From Pelomyxa schiedti (Eukaryota > Protista > Evosea): a stretch of 48,066 nucleotides of DNA. The notes beneath the pieces are model-generated. The model saw only the letters and a list, made by a program, of their open reading frames with translations. It was not told where the DNA came from and ran no database searches. The stretch is taken from the NCBI GenBank assembly GCA_020536535.1, contig JAHLWZ010000011.1:1-48066 (forward strand). Direction: 5' to 3'. A program made the translations under genes and the position numbers. Positions 36,001 through 46,769 of this stretch are shown piece after piece. Numbering within the stretch: position 1 is the stretch's first letter; each line of letters opens with the position of its first letter.

Positions 36001-39000
36001 CTTTTGCTGCTTACACAGACGTGTCGGGTTTACAGATAGAGAAAGAGTTGTTGAATATGAATCTACTCTCAAGGCACTTGTTTTTGGCAGCATCGACAGG
36101 CAGTACCAGTATTTAAAAGCTCTCTACATGAGGAACCTTTATGTATGAATGAACGCCGAAATAATCTGCTCTAACAATAATTTTAGTCCAAACCCAAATA
36201 CAAGGCATTGTGTGACATGCGAGACACTTGTACAGGCACTATCTGCTCCTGTGTATTCACATGGGAAGATGTCCAGGGGTTACTGAGATTATCTGGATCT
36301 TGTTCACAAGGATTTCTGGCTGAATTTATTGCACTTAGACACTGCCTTCGAGCGATTTTGAAGCTACCAAGACTGGTTCACCTTTATAAACTACTCAATG
36401 AAGCATTTGGTCCGCATGTTGAAGGTTCAAACATTGTTGTCTTCAGACTTGTAATCCTTTTTTTTTTTTTTTTTTTTTGTAGCAGCTAATCTTCACCAAT
36501 CTGTTGCTGAATGCATTACGCTACTTGCCAAAGTTGACCCAGCCACAGCAGATACGTTTAAAACCTTATTTGAGAGCCTTATCCCGGTTTGGGAAGAAAT
36601 TCGTATCTTAGTGAATGGGTTGAAGACCCATTTCTATCCAAACACAAAACAAATGTACACAAGAGTGGTAATAAGATTTTAGCATGACTTGAGAATAGGT
36701 TACCAACAGCCACTTTTCCACCTTTGAGCCTTGAGTCTCCTTTCGTTACCCTCATCAGTTTGAGAACAAACGATGAGACCAATGGGCAGGGTGATCTTCT
36801 CTTTAAAATGGTTGGAATTCTTGTGGACGTTCAAAACTATCTCCTCCAACTGAGACAAGAATATGATACTGGTGTGTGGTGCTCGCCAATTGTTGTCCTT
36901 TCAGCTAATCGGGTAAAGATGCATTGAACCCACATAGCTTTGTTTTTGAGAAGTCAATCCAGCACTACAATATAGAATATCTTCCGTTTTCTGTTGATAA
37001 GCCTGACACCAGTACCTGATTCCCACATTATCTAAACTCCTTTGTGAACAAACTCAAAAGATTTGAGTGTTCTGATCAATGTACCCTCATCTCAAGTGGT
37101 GGAACAGGATTTGATTAGATACATAACTCTGCCTCCTGAGGGCTCAAAACTTAACACCAAGATTGACGCTACTCAACTTGCCATTTATGTATGGCACCCG
37201 CATCTTGTGCACTTTGGGTGCTCAACGGTTTCCTACCAAAAAAAAAACAAAGGTAATTGGAAAGTACATGTCGGGGAAATGCCTTTTGGACAAAGATGAA
37301 TTGAGGTCGGTCTTTCCTATAGGAGCAATGACAAATCCCCAGCAATCAGCTGTAACGATACAACCTGTTTGAGTCACCATCCCTGTTGCGTGTGATAACC
37401 ATTTTGCTAGGGCAAACATGGAGACACTATCGAGTTAACATTTCAAGAAGAAATAGAAAAGTAATTCTCCTTCATACTTCATGTTATTTATTTCTTCTCT
37501 ACGAAGGTTGGGAACAAATTTCGAGGAAGAAATTCCCAAGTCTATTCCGCTTGACAGAGCTTTGAACAGTTGAAACTCTTCTGAAATATAAAATAAAATA
37601 ACAACACCTATTTTCCTTAGACGAGCCTGAAGATAAATTACGGGATTTGGTTGTGAAGTTGACACAGTTAATTCAGCGTCTACACCGAGACATTCAAATC
37701 CACCCTGAAGCTTCTGAAATCAGGCGATCGTTTTCAGAGTGTTGGACTTATTTGATGCCAACCCACCCTGTGCCACCCTACCTTTCTTCCCATAGTCTGA
37801 AAGTGTCGCACATCAAGTCTGTGGGGAGGTGCATACTTGCGAAATACAAAGGAAAGCAATGGCTATTCTCAGACTTACCTGAGGAGTATAAAATGAACCC
37901 AGTGGCGGACCAACGGACTGCATTGGAATCTTCCTTCTCCAAGGTAAAGTTCCCGGAGTGAAGACTTTCATTCAAAACAAAAAGGTTCTCTCCCTATCCC
38001 TTCCTGAGAGGCAAAGGCTAAGCAGTGTTGTTGAGAGGATGTGCTCCTTTTTGACAAAGGATCATCTGAAAAACGATTATAACAAATCTCTCTTGTCTCT
38101 CTTCGAAAATGTCAAAGAAATGGTACTCAATCTTATATCGCTATTCATCACTCATTGAACCTAAAAAAATAAGAATGAACAGTATCTGTCTGATGTTAGA
38201 GCTTTACTTCCAAAGGACTTAAAAATTTGTCACTATTGCTTCTTTATGAGGAATCTACACACCCTGTGTGGGGACTTATTGCTCTCTGTTACCACTGTAC
38301 GTCGTGATTTTCATTTACTCCTATAATTGCCAATACTGCAGGGAATGGAGGAGCAAGAAACTGAAGTCACACAACTCGAGGTAATCCTCTTGCCAACACG
38401 TCCCAACACTAAATAACTCAATTGCAGATGCCTGATGGAAAGTTCCCTGACAATTTAATGGTCTCCCTGCAAGATATTGGGACCGGTAACTGCTATTTAT
38501 TGCTTTATTTGTAGTAAAAGATTCGTGGCAGAGGCTCTATCGTCACCTGAAAATGACAGTGTCGAACAGCCTATGCCACCAGCCCCGATAGACACTACGG
38601 AGCCGCTACCTGAAGAAAGTGCTAAGCCACCCTCCATGGTTTGTGTACCAGCTGTAAAGGAGCCATTTCTGACAACTCATAGGACCCAGAGCCCTTTGAA
38701 GCAAGGATGACAGCTCTTCTACAGGACCTTGAAGAGGTTGTGTCAAAAAGCAAACAAGAGGAAGCCGACTTTCAGATTTATGTTACCAGCATGAAGGGCA
38801 ATTTTAACGCAATGAAGGAGATGCTGGAGACTGTGAAGCAACAACTTCCGAGTGAATCTCGTGGATTGCCTATTTTCAACAACGTGTCAGTCTTATTGTC
38901 CAAACAAGATGACGCATTGGAGGAAATGGGTCTTACTATAGACATGACAAAAGAAAATGAGGAAACTTGGAACCAACACAAACGACGGCTTGATGAGCTG

Positions 39001-39771
39001 CTCTATGAAGCTCATCAACTCTCAGAGATAGCCGCAAAAAAAGAGACTTCATCTGACGAAGTGAACGAGATTGCACAACGAAGTCAGCTGGCGTCTGGGG
39101 TTCTGGGTGAGATGAAAGCTCTTGCAGAGAATCAAAATTCAGCTGCAATGGAGATGGATACAAGCAGAAACACAGTGGAGGCATCATTGATGGAAATCCA
39201 AGAAGAGCTTGAGCGACTGAAACTACGGCAACAAGAAGAAGAGCGGAAGAAGCTGGAACAAGAAGAAGCACGGAAAAAGCTAGAACAAGAAGCAGCTCGA
39301 AAAAAGTTCGAGCAAGAAGAAGAACGGAGAAAGCTGGAAGAACAAAGGCTGGCACAAAATTTTCCCAACAGACATCAGCGCACAACCAGCACAACCACAC
39401 CAGCACTGCCACAGCAATGCAACTACATCCCTCCACAAAATTTCACAGCAACATCCAACTCTCACCGGCGCACTACCAGCTCCACCAACATAACGCAACT
39501 ACCACAGAAACCTATGTACAGCAACACCACAAGCACCACCATCTTCACTGCAAACACACCACCACCACCATACAATGGACAGCAACCCTATATCACCTCA
39601 CCTTCCCAACCACAATATCAAAGGCCAGCTCCCCCTTGTACAGTACCCCAGCCCACAACCAATCCAGCACAAATGACACAACAATGGCCTCCACAGCAAC
39701 CCTACAGACAGTACCAACCACCAAACCCCACACAATTTCATCCCTCACCTTATCCCCCAGGCCGGCACTAG
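21049..39771 (+). CDS. RNF213: Giant multi-exon RNF213/mysterin-like AAA+ ATPase, paralog A (roughly 5,000-5,500 aa; no RING/RZ seen; coiled coil plus Pro/Gln tail)
   Basis: Start MSGWPRF at 21049. Motifs: GKERSGKT + HFDIS, YVLTPDFALKLL, GGTGTGKS, FFIDE, KEVLCDHRLDG, FFVAALN, VRPPPLSL..LVDFGKL, SIRDIMR, ENLFCTVVCLDAKIPLIIVGPP|GCSKT, LLDEVGL, SNKILDEAKTNR, RNFGG, RYIML, FYDVFNRHY, VHNNFRVIV, PFLNRFEK. CTD-like FLAEFIALRHCLRAILKLPRLVHL, GQGDLLFKMVGILVDVQN, KYMSGK. Stop TAG at 39771. Confidence 0.87.
26100..31200 (+). other. Dynein-like multi-AAA core of paralog A
   Basis: P-loop 26876-26899; Walker A 28049-28072; Walker B ~28640; intron-split Walker A 29579-29663; LLDE ~29910; AAA5/6-type motifs 30790-31170. 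Confidence 0.85.
39235..39345 (+). repeat. Coding 27-bp tandem repeat x4 (EEERKKLEQ-like; single alpha-helix/coiled-coil type)
   Basis: EEERKKLEQ EEARKKLEQ EAARKKFEQ EEERRKLEE in the last exon of paralog A. Confidence 0.8.
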
Positions 39772-40110
39772 AACTGCCAAAACAAAAAAAAAAAAGATTT
39801 TGCCACTTTTCTTTTTCCGTTCACGGCTTGGCCTTTCAGGATTGATTTTCCCAGTTTTATCCATGGAATGTGTGACGACGCTACCCGGCGCACGATGTTG
39901 TTTGTTTGTGTAGCCTACTCAACTGTTTGAATTTTCTGTTGAAAGAATAAAGTGCATTCTCGAGTTGGGGCAAGGATTAAAGCACCTAGTCCAACATGCA
40001 AGCAAGTACGTAGATAAGTGCACGTGTCGGTTTCGCTATTTCTTTCTCAGACTAAATACTCTTTTTAGCCTGCCTTGTCAAGTAAGATAAAGGCTGTCTC
40101 CAGCAGCTTT

Positions 40111-40248
40111 TGTCTCACCAGCAAACTCAACCAAGAGAAACGGCTCGATGCTATGAACTTGGCAAGAAAACCAAAAGTAGTTCCAAATTTTTTCCCCAGT
40201 CCTACCTCTAAATCCTACATTCATAGAGTTGGAAGAACAGCGCTGTAA
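40111..40248 (+). pseudogene. DEAD-box RNA helicase C-terminal fragment (QxxR and motif VI, motif V absent)
   Basis: One frame reads CLTSKLNQEKRLDAMNLARKPKVVPNFFPSPTSKSYIHRVGRTAL*. YIHRVGRTA is DEAD-box motif VI and LNQEKRL matches the QxxR motif. Below the ORF-track length cutoff. Confidence 0.7.
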
Positions 40249-41199
40249 TTCTGCCTACCAAATGGACATAAAGGTACACAGCAGCAGGCCAAGCAGCATC
40301 ACGGGTTCGCAAAGATGGCCAAGAGTGTATCTTACAACACTCTGTTAGAGCTATCTCAACAACACCCAGGCTCACACTGCATATGTCCGACTGATCACTC
40401 TATTGTGGAGAAAAACTTGCACGATTTGGCTGGAAGCATGGGGTTACCTGATCCTCCTACCATAAGCCTTGAAGACGTAATCTGCAACTGCAACTACCTA
40501 AAAATGAGACAAGGCAGGAGCAAATCAACATAGCCTATGTTTTATGCCTGTGGGATTCACTGGGTGAGGGAATGTGCTTTGCACCACGAAAGGGGATGTC
40601 ATCAGACACTATCTCACTGACAGTAGAAGGAAGGAATATAATATTCTCCTCCTGGCTCATCTTCCACTTTGCGGTGATAAGAGCTTCCTCGAGGGAGAGG
40701 TCCAATCTTCATGATTTTTCCTATACCCACGACCATACAAGGACCAGTGGACTTCTCCCTTGAGGAAGGTCTTATGGGAGCAAAAACCCAATACAGAAGA
40801 GGACGTGTGGTTGTGCTTGTTATTGGATTATAATTCCGTAAATAGAACTACCCTCCATCGGGTGGCTGGAATATCCGCTTGGTGTGCTTGGAGCAGCCAA
40901 AGGGCCACCAGTCCCTCTCGTCTCGTGCAGTCGTCGTAGAAGATTCCGACGCTCCCGCGTCTTCCTCTTTGCCTCGGCCCTGACTTATTGCAATGCCCCA
41001 TTCTAAAACGGTGCTCGGCGTTGTACACCGTTGTTGGCCACTATTAATAATAGTTATATTTTTTTCCTCCTTTCAACTTGTCTGGAATGTACACAGCGGG
41101 AAAATCGACGAACGAGGAGGCTTTACAGAGCAAGGTGCACACAGAACTGGAGGCGGGAAGAATTTTAGTTGTGTGTGGTTGGTCTAATCTTTTCCTCTT

Positions 41200-43137
41200 T
41201 CAATCTAGTGGCAACTGGGTGAATAGAACAATGGAAAGGAGAGACATACCTCGAACTCGTAAATTACCGTGCAAGCTGAGTGGTCTGGAACGGGGTTGGA
41301 TGAAGAAGCCAGAAGTATTGGGTGGTGCCCAAGGCCTTCCAGTGAGTCCTGGAACAAAATGTTCCCTGTTGGGAAAGCTTGTAAATAGGGGAAAAGGGGA
41401 AGGATTTAAGTTACCGTTGAGGGGATCAAGAATGAATATTTTTCCCCAGCATGAAGCAAACAGCTTCCCCTGCTGGAAGTTCACAGTGACGAATCCATAT
41501 CCACACATGGGAAGAGATGCAGTCCATTGAGTTGTTCCTGTGTATGCATCTATACACGCAACACAGCCGCTTATTCCAACAACAATGCTCTTTCCACTTG
41601 AAAAGTCGCTCATAATGGATGTATGGGCAGAATGGGCCACAGTCGTAGTAGTCGGTGGAATGTTGGACTGAGGTCGAGGAATAGAAATAATGGAGGCTCC
41701 TTCAGGATGACCAAGGCCTTTTCGTATGTAAGCAAAATTCCACTTCAGGGTGGTGGAAGCCTTTGAGTTCATTCTTCCACTTGATTTCGTGTGTCATGGG
41801 GTCACAACAGAATAAGTGGCCAAAGGTGCCTTGTTAGGAATTGAGACCCTTCCAACTTTAATGGTATTCTTACACAAGTATGCAGATTGTGGCATTACTC
41901 CGTCAACTAAAAGTGTCACAATGTGGTAGCCAGTTCCTTTGAGAGAGGTTTCTTTTAATATCTGATGGTCATCAGACTGAGAAATGACAAAACGGGTACC
42001 TCGCCAGTGGAAGGCCTGATCGTGAAGAGATAACCAATGGCACCTTGTACAGGTTGGATTTTATTTTTTAATATTATCCAACTTACCAACTAATAGATAA
42101 TTCTCTTCTCCCGTATTTCCATTAACCCAAGCAAGTGCTACCTTTCAGATGCATGAGTTACGTGACTGATGGGAAAAGGTTATTAGTACTGGAGCGTGGT
42201 GCTTTATCGAGGAGAGATCTGTTGACCACATAATAGAACCATCAAGTCTCAACCCAAAAACTCTTGAATAGGATCCAACATAAATAGCATCACTCTGAAG
42301 AACCATGTTGACCCCCCAGTACCGAGTACCTGGAAGACTTGTTGTCCACAGTTCCTGCAAATAATCAGAAATGCGTTAAGGAGTTTAGGGAAAACATGTC
42401 CGTCAGTGCAAGAGAAACAGGACACGTAACCCTCACTCCCGAGAACCAAGTTATCACCAATGTACTTAATGTTCATGCCTGTGCTGTGTGCGTGGCCTTT
42501 GCATGTATCAGCATTTTTCTGTCCTACTGGGTGAAAAAAAAAAGATGACCTGTGGGTGTGAGGTGCCACAGTATAGATCCAGCAACCGGATTTATTGCGT
42601 AAAGGTGCCCATACGTGCCAGCATACAGCACATTGTTGTGGAGGGTGACATTCGTGATGTGATATCCGGTTCCTAGCCCAATTTATGTTTCTTGCTTGTT
42701 TTTTTTATTTCTTGTGTGCGTGCGTGCTGTGTCAAAGGAAAGAAGTACGAACCTTTCAAATTCAAAGTCCACACACGCTCCAATGCATCTCCTACAATGA
42801 CCTCAGACCCATCAGGAGTCTCAAAAGTTGTCTCATACGAAGCCCATCCAGAAGAAGTCGTAGTGGTGACGGCAGCGCCCCCCGGAGTGCCGTAGCTGCC
42901 ATTATTATGGGACACTGATCCCGGGAGCACGATCGGCTTGGTCTCTCGCAGTGCAGCGATGTAGCCGCCAGTCCCAATGACGATCAGATCTGACACCTCA
43001 GGCACAACGGCGCCGATAGGGAACACAACCAAGGGACCACCGCTCGTGGACTGTTGCTGCTGTTGGTACAATTGAAGATCGTTTGTAGTTGGCGGCGCTG
43101 GATCAGGCCCGCCAGGCGTCACGTTCATCGACATCAT
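41200..43137 (-). CDS. Multi-exon PQQ-like/BamB-like beta-propeller repeat protein
   Basis: Repeated blades: LIVIGTGGYIAAL..VWTLNLKGS; VLYAGTYGHLYAINPVAGSILW; LVLGSEGYVSCFSCTDG|ELWTTSLPG; IYVGSYSRVFGLRLDGSIMWSTDL; IVVGISGCVACIDAYTGTTQWTASL; LFASCWGKIFILDPLN|GNILFQDSLEGLG. ATG at 43137; 3' end approximate. Confidence 0.75.
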
Positions 43138-43503
43138 TTTCTTTTTTGAAGAAACTGAAAGTGCAGGGACCTTTCGAATCTCCTAATGACACCCGCCAGC
43201 GGTTTTTCGCCCCAAAGTGTGATGCACTTCTGTCACATACGTACAACGAACAACTGCCCGTGGGAAAAACCCCAGATCTGATCAAAATGGGAGAAGACAC
43301 CCCTGAGGGACAACTTTGCAGAGGGATGCATGTGCCGCGATGGAACAGTTGAGGTAGTGGGGCGGAGGTTCTCGCTGATCTCGCTGCCACCTAGGACGCA
43401 GTTGCAAAGTACATTAATTAAACCGAGTTCCACCCAAATCACTTTTTTTTAAATTCTTTCTTTCGCTCACCGCGTACATACGGCGACTGCACCACCCTCA
43501 ACC
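43138..43503. promoter_or_regulatory. Probable bidirectional promoter
   Basis: ~365 bp between the divergent ATGs of the propeller gene and the RRM-GAR gene. Confidence 0.45.
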
Positions 43504-45107
43504 ATGGATCTCGGTACTACCACCCCCACAGCACCACAAACCATCGCAACTCCGGCCGTTGTAATGTCGACCGACGCAGCGGCAGCAACCACCACAACAA
43601 CAGCTGTCGCCGCCGCCGCCGCCGCCGTCGCCGCCATCACCGCCCCAATCCCCACTTCTCCGCTGCCCGCCGTCCTCCCCGTGCGCGTGCCGGACGAAGT
43701 CCCCCTCCCCGTGCCGATGACGTACTACCGACCGGTCGCGACGCCGCCAGCGACGCCCGCGACGCCGACCCCGGCGCCCGCCGTCTCTGCGCCTGCCTCG
43801 TCCTCGTCATCCGGCGACGTGGCCATGGGGCAGAGCGAGCCCGCGATTACGGCGCCCGTGGTTGCTGCGCCGGCGGTGGCGTCCGGCCCGGCCGTGCCGA
43901 CGACCCCGCTCAAGCCCGCGAGCGCTGTGTTTGCGAGCGTACCTGCGCCTGCCAACGTCGCCGCCTCTACTTGCGCGACGGCGGCGGCGGCGGCGGCTAC
44001 GATCGCGGTGGGCACGCCGCCGGTGGAGGTGCCTGCAGCGGCGGAGCAGGGAAAGGAGAAGCCAATGAGCAGAAGAGCCAAGCAAAAATTGAACAAAAAG
44101 CTTCGCGAAGAACAGGGGGAAAGTGAAAAGGTCAAGAGCAAGGATGGGAAAGAAGCCAAGAAAAAGACCGCAAAGAAACCCGTGATTGTTGAGGAAGATG
44201 AAGAGGAGGAGGATGAGGATGAGGATGAGGAGGAAGAGGAAGAGGACTATGAAGAAGATGAGGATGAAGACGAGGAAGAGTATGAAGATGAAGAAGAGGA
44301 AGAGGACGAAGATGACGATAAACCTGTTAGTACCCAAATTCCACCATTGTTCTAACATGTGTTTAGCTTGCTGGACGCAAACGCAAGTCTGTTGAAAGTC
44401 CAACCAGCACTGCAAAGCACTCCAAAACTGATGATCAGAAAGAGTGTTATGTCTCTAACTTTGGTCCGTTGGTACTTGAGGAGGAAGTAGCTGCTCTCTT
44501 CAAAGACTGCAAAGGTTTCGTGGACTTCAAACTGGTCACCTATTCTGATGGCGCTTCCCGATGGTATCTTCCAACCCCAATCCAAACCCACAGTTATTTG
44601 ACACAAAAACAGCCATGGTTACGCGCACTTTACAGATGCTAAGGCAGCCAACAACGCCATCCAAACGAAAAATCAAATGCCGTTCAATGGTTTCCCGCTC
44701 GTCGTTTCACACTCGAAAACTTGTATGTATCCTCCCGACTTGACTGTCATATCTCACAAGGAACAGCACCCGGTGCCTCGACAGGGACATACTGGGACTG
44801 GCCCACAGAAGCAAACCTGAAAAGAGGAAGAGGCAGACTTATCTCCAAGTTCGGGACGCGAGGCCGCGGCAGGGGAAGCAGCCGGGGCCGCGGGAGGGGC
44901 AGAGGAGGCAGGGGAGGAAGGGGCTCAAGCAGAAGCAGAGGCAGGGGCCGCGGCAGAGGAGGAAGGGGCCAGCTGACATCATTCAGGGGACGAGGCCGAG
45001 GCAGGTCACGCGGGAGGAGGGGAGACAGCAGGGGAAGGGGGCGAGGCCAGGCGAAGCCACCCAGGGGTAGCAACTCTCTCCTCGACCGCCTCAACGCTGG
45101 TTACTAA
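43504..45107 (+). CDS. Nucleolin-like RNA-binding protein: Ala/Pro-rich N-terminus, Lys-rich segment, long acidic tract, one RRM, RGG/GAR tail (4 exons)
   Basis: Splicing after ..DDDDKP gives LAGRKRKS..KECYVSNF (RNP2)..GASR|CHGYAHF (RNP1)..FNGFPLVVSHS, then SPGASTGTYWDWP..(RG)n..LLDRLNAGY*. Three GT-AG introns keep frame. Confidence 0.8.
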
Positions 45108-45319
45108 TGAGCCCAATTGGCTGAATAAAATAATCAACGTACCGGAACGCTGTCATTTTCGTTATCGCTCAGTATCGGCGGTTTTCCTCCACAGGCAAGG
45201 TTTGGTGCAGTTGCAATCAAGTTCTGTGTTTTCAAGATCCAGAAGAGCAACAAGAAGTGGGGAAAACTGTATGTTTTACAGCTCCAACACCCAAACTCAA
45301 AGACACAATCAATGCAATC

Positions 45320-46548
45320 AACGGACATGTCCTTGTAATCACAGAAACACACTCCAGAACAAGCACACTACAACACCCAAAATACTGGTGGTTCTTGAAT
45401 GGACACCAAAACACAGTGTGGCAATAGGGATTCTTAAATCCCTCAACCCCACAACCCTAAGTCCTGATGGAAGGCCGAATTCCAAGGTTCAAATTCACTG
45501 GGAGAATCAAGCAACGGACTTCTGGGAACACACCAACAAAAGATACACCCCAAGGAACACATCGGTAACAATCCTGATAGGGGATTTCAAAGGAAGGGTG
45601 CTGGTGTTTGAATAGCAGGATATTGAACCTTGAGAGGTCCACAAACCTGAGACAAGCAGCACTGTCAACCATGGAAAACTGGGATGTTCGCTTGAAACCA
45701 AGTCTCCTACATTCATCCAAAATGGGACCTGCTAGACCCCAGATCATGCCGCATGCACCAAAACCAAAACCCTACCTGGGAATCAAATGCCTCAGATCAC
45801 TTCCAATCTTGCTGACAGTCACCACAAGAATGGAACAAGGACAGACCACCTAGATAGACTTTTGAAAACCCAGCATACAAGTTGCACCTCCTGAGAATCC
45901 TTCCAGAAAGCCTTCCCGAAAATCCAGTGCTGGAAGAGTGTAGCTACTAACCAAAGCCGCATGGCAAACGATGAACAACCACAACACAAAGCAGGACACT
46001 CTCTCAGCACTGCTTAAGTTGCAGAAAGCATCAAAAGCCTGACCATCATTGAAAGAAACAAGGAGGTAGCAGATTTGTTCGACTACCCCAAGCCCAGACA
46101 AAACACAAGAAACAATCACTGTGAAAGTGATGACTTCCCGAAAAAGGGAATCACAGAAGACAACTTCTGAGAATTCAATGGCACATGATGCTGTGCTGTG
46201 GGTCCACTGAATACTTGGAATTCATGAGAGACAGGGCTTATAAGCGACACAACATTCACCACAAACTCCACCAGATCAATTAAAATAAATAAAGACTTTG
46301 TTCCTCCTTATCTCGCTACAAACGTGTTCGTCACTCCCCTCCCCGTTAGGGACACCACTCACATCCCAATTAAACATCAAAATCCCAAGAAGAAACATGC
46401 ACCATTCTCTGAGATTCCAGCAAAAAGCACTCTCTATGCTCAAATGCTGGACCCACAACCCAAAACCTGACAACCCTTCTGAGCAAATACCAGAAGAAAT
46501 TAGGCCCAATTCCAATGCTGACCCCAGAAGATGTAGAGGCAGCAATGG
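45320..46548 (+). mobile_element. Decayed non-LTR retrotransposon (APE-type endonuclease and pre-RT linker)
   Basis: Motifs in correct order across shifted frames: VLVITETH (~45328-45352), SVAIGI (~45415), DFWEH..ILIGDFKGRV (~45571-45600), SDH (45792-45800), then MLTPEDVEAAM (46515-46547) resembling the T.EEV..A motif before RT. Many stops and frameshifts; CpG-poor. Confidence 0.6.
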
Positions 46549-46669
46549 CATATCTGGATCAATGGGCGGTGATTTTTTTTCCCGATCAAGTTCCTGTAAA
46601 CGGCTCTGCCCCGTTTTTTTGGGCGGTGATCCAGTCAAAAAGCTGTCTAAAATCACTGCCCGGGGCGGT
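46549..46669. repeat. Dispersed repeat copy 1 (CATATCTGGATCAATGGGCGGTGAT...), truncated by the gap
   Basis: Shares its first ~40 nt and internal GGGYGGTGAT/ATCACYRCCC motifs with 47302-47450. Confidence 0.6.
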
Positions 46670-46769
46670 NNNNNNNNNNNNNNNNNNNNNNNNNNNNNNN
46701 NNNNNNNNNNNNNNNNNNNNNNNNNNNNNNNNNNNNNNNNNNNNNNNNNNNNNNNNNNNNNNNNNNNNN
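46670..46769. other. Scaffold gap (100 N)
   Basis: Run of N. Confidence 1.

Noticed and set aside
2687-39771. Fragmented ORFs read as pseudogenes, frameshifting or an alternative genetic code
   Set aside because: Every break I examined is explained by a short GT(GC)-AG intron, many at identical positions in both paralogs.
40315-41190. Short ORFs between the helicase fragment and the propeller gene
   Set aside because: No recognisable motifs and no consistent splice model.
43725-45094. Antisense ORFs over the nucleolin-like gene (hydrophobic or Pro/Leu/Arg-rich)
   Set aside because: Reverse complements of the acidic and RGG tracts.
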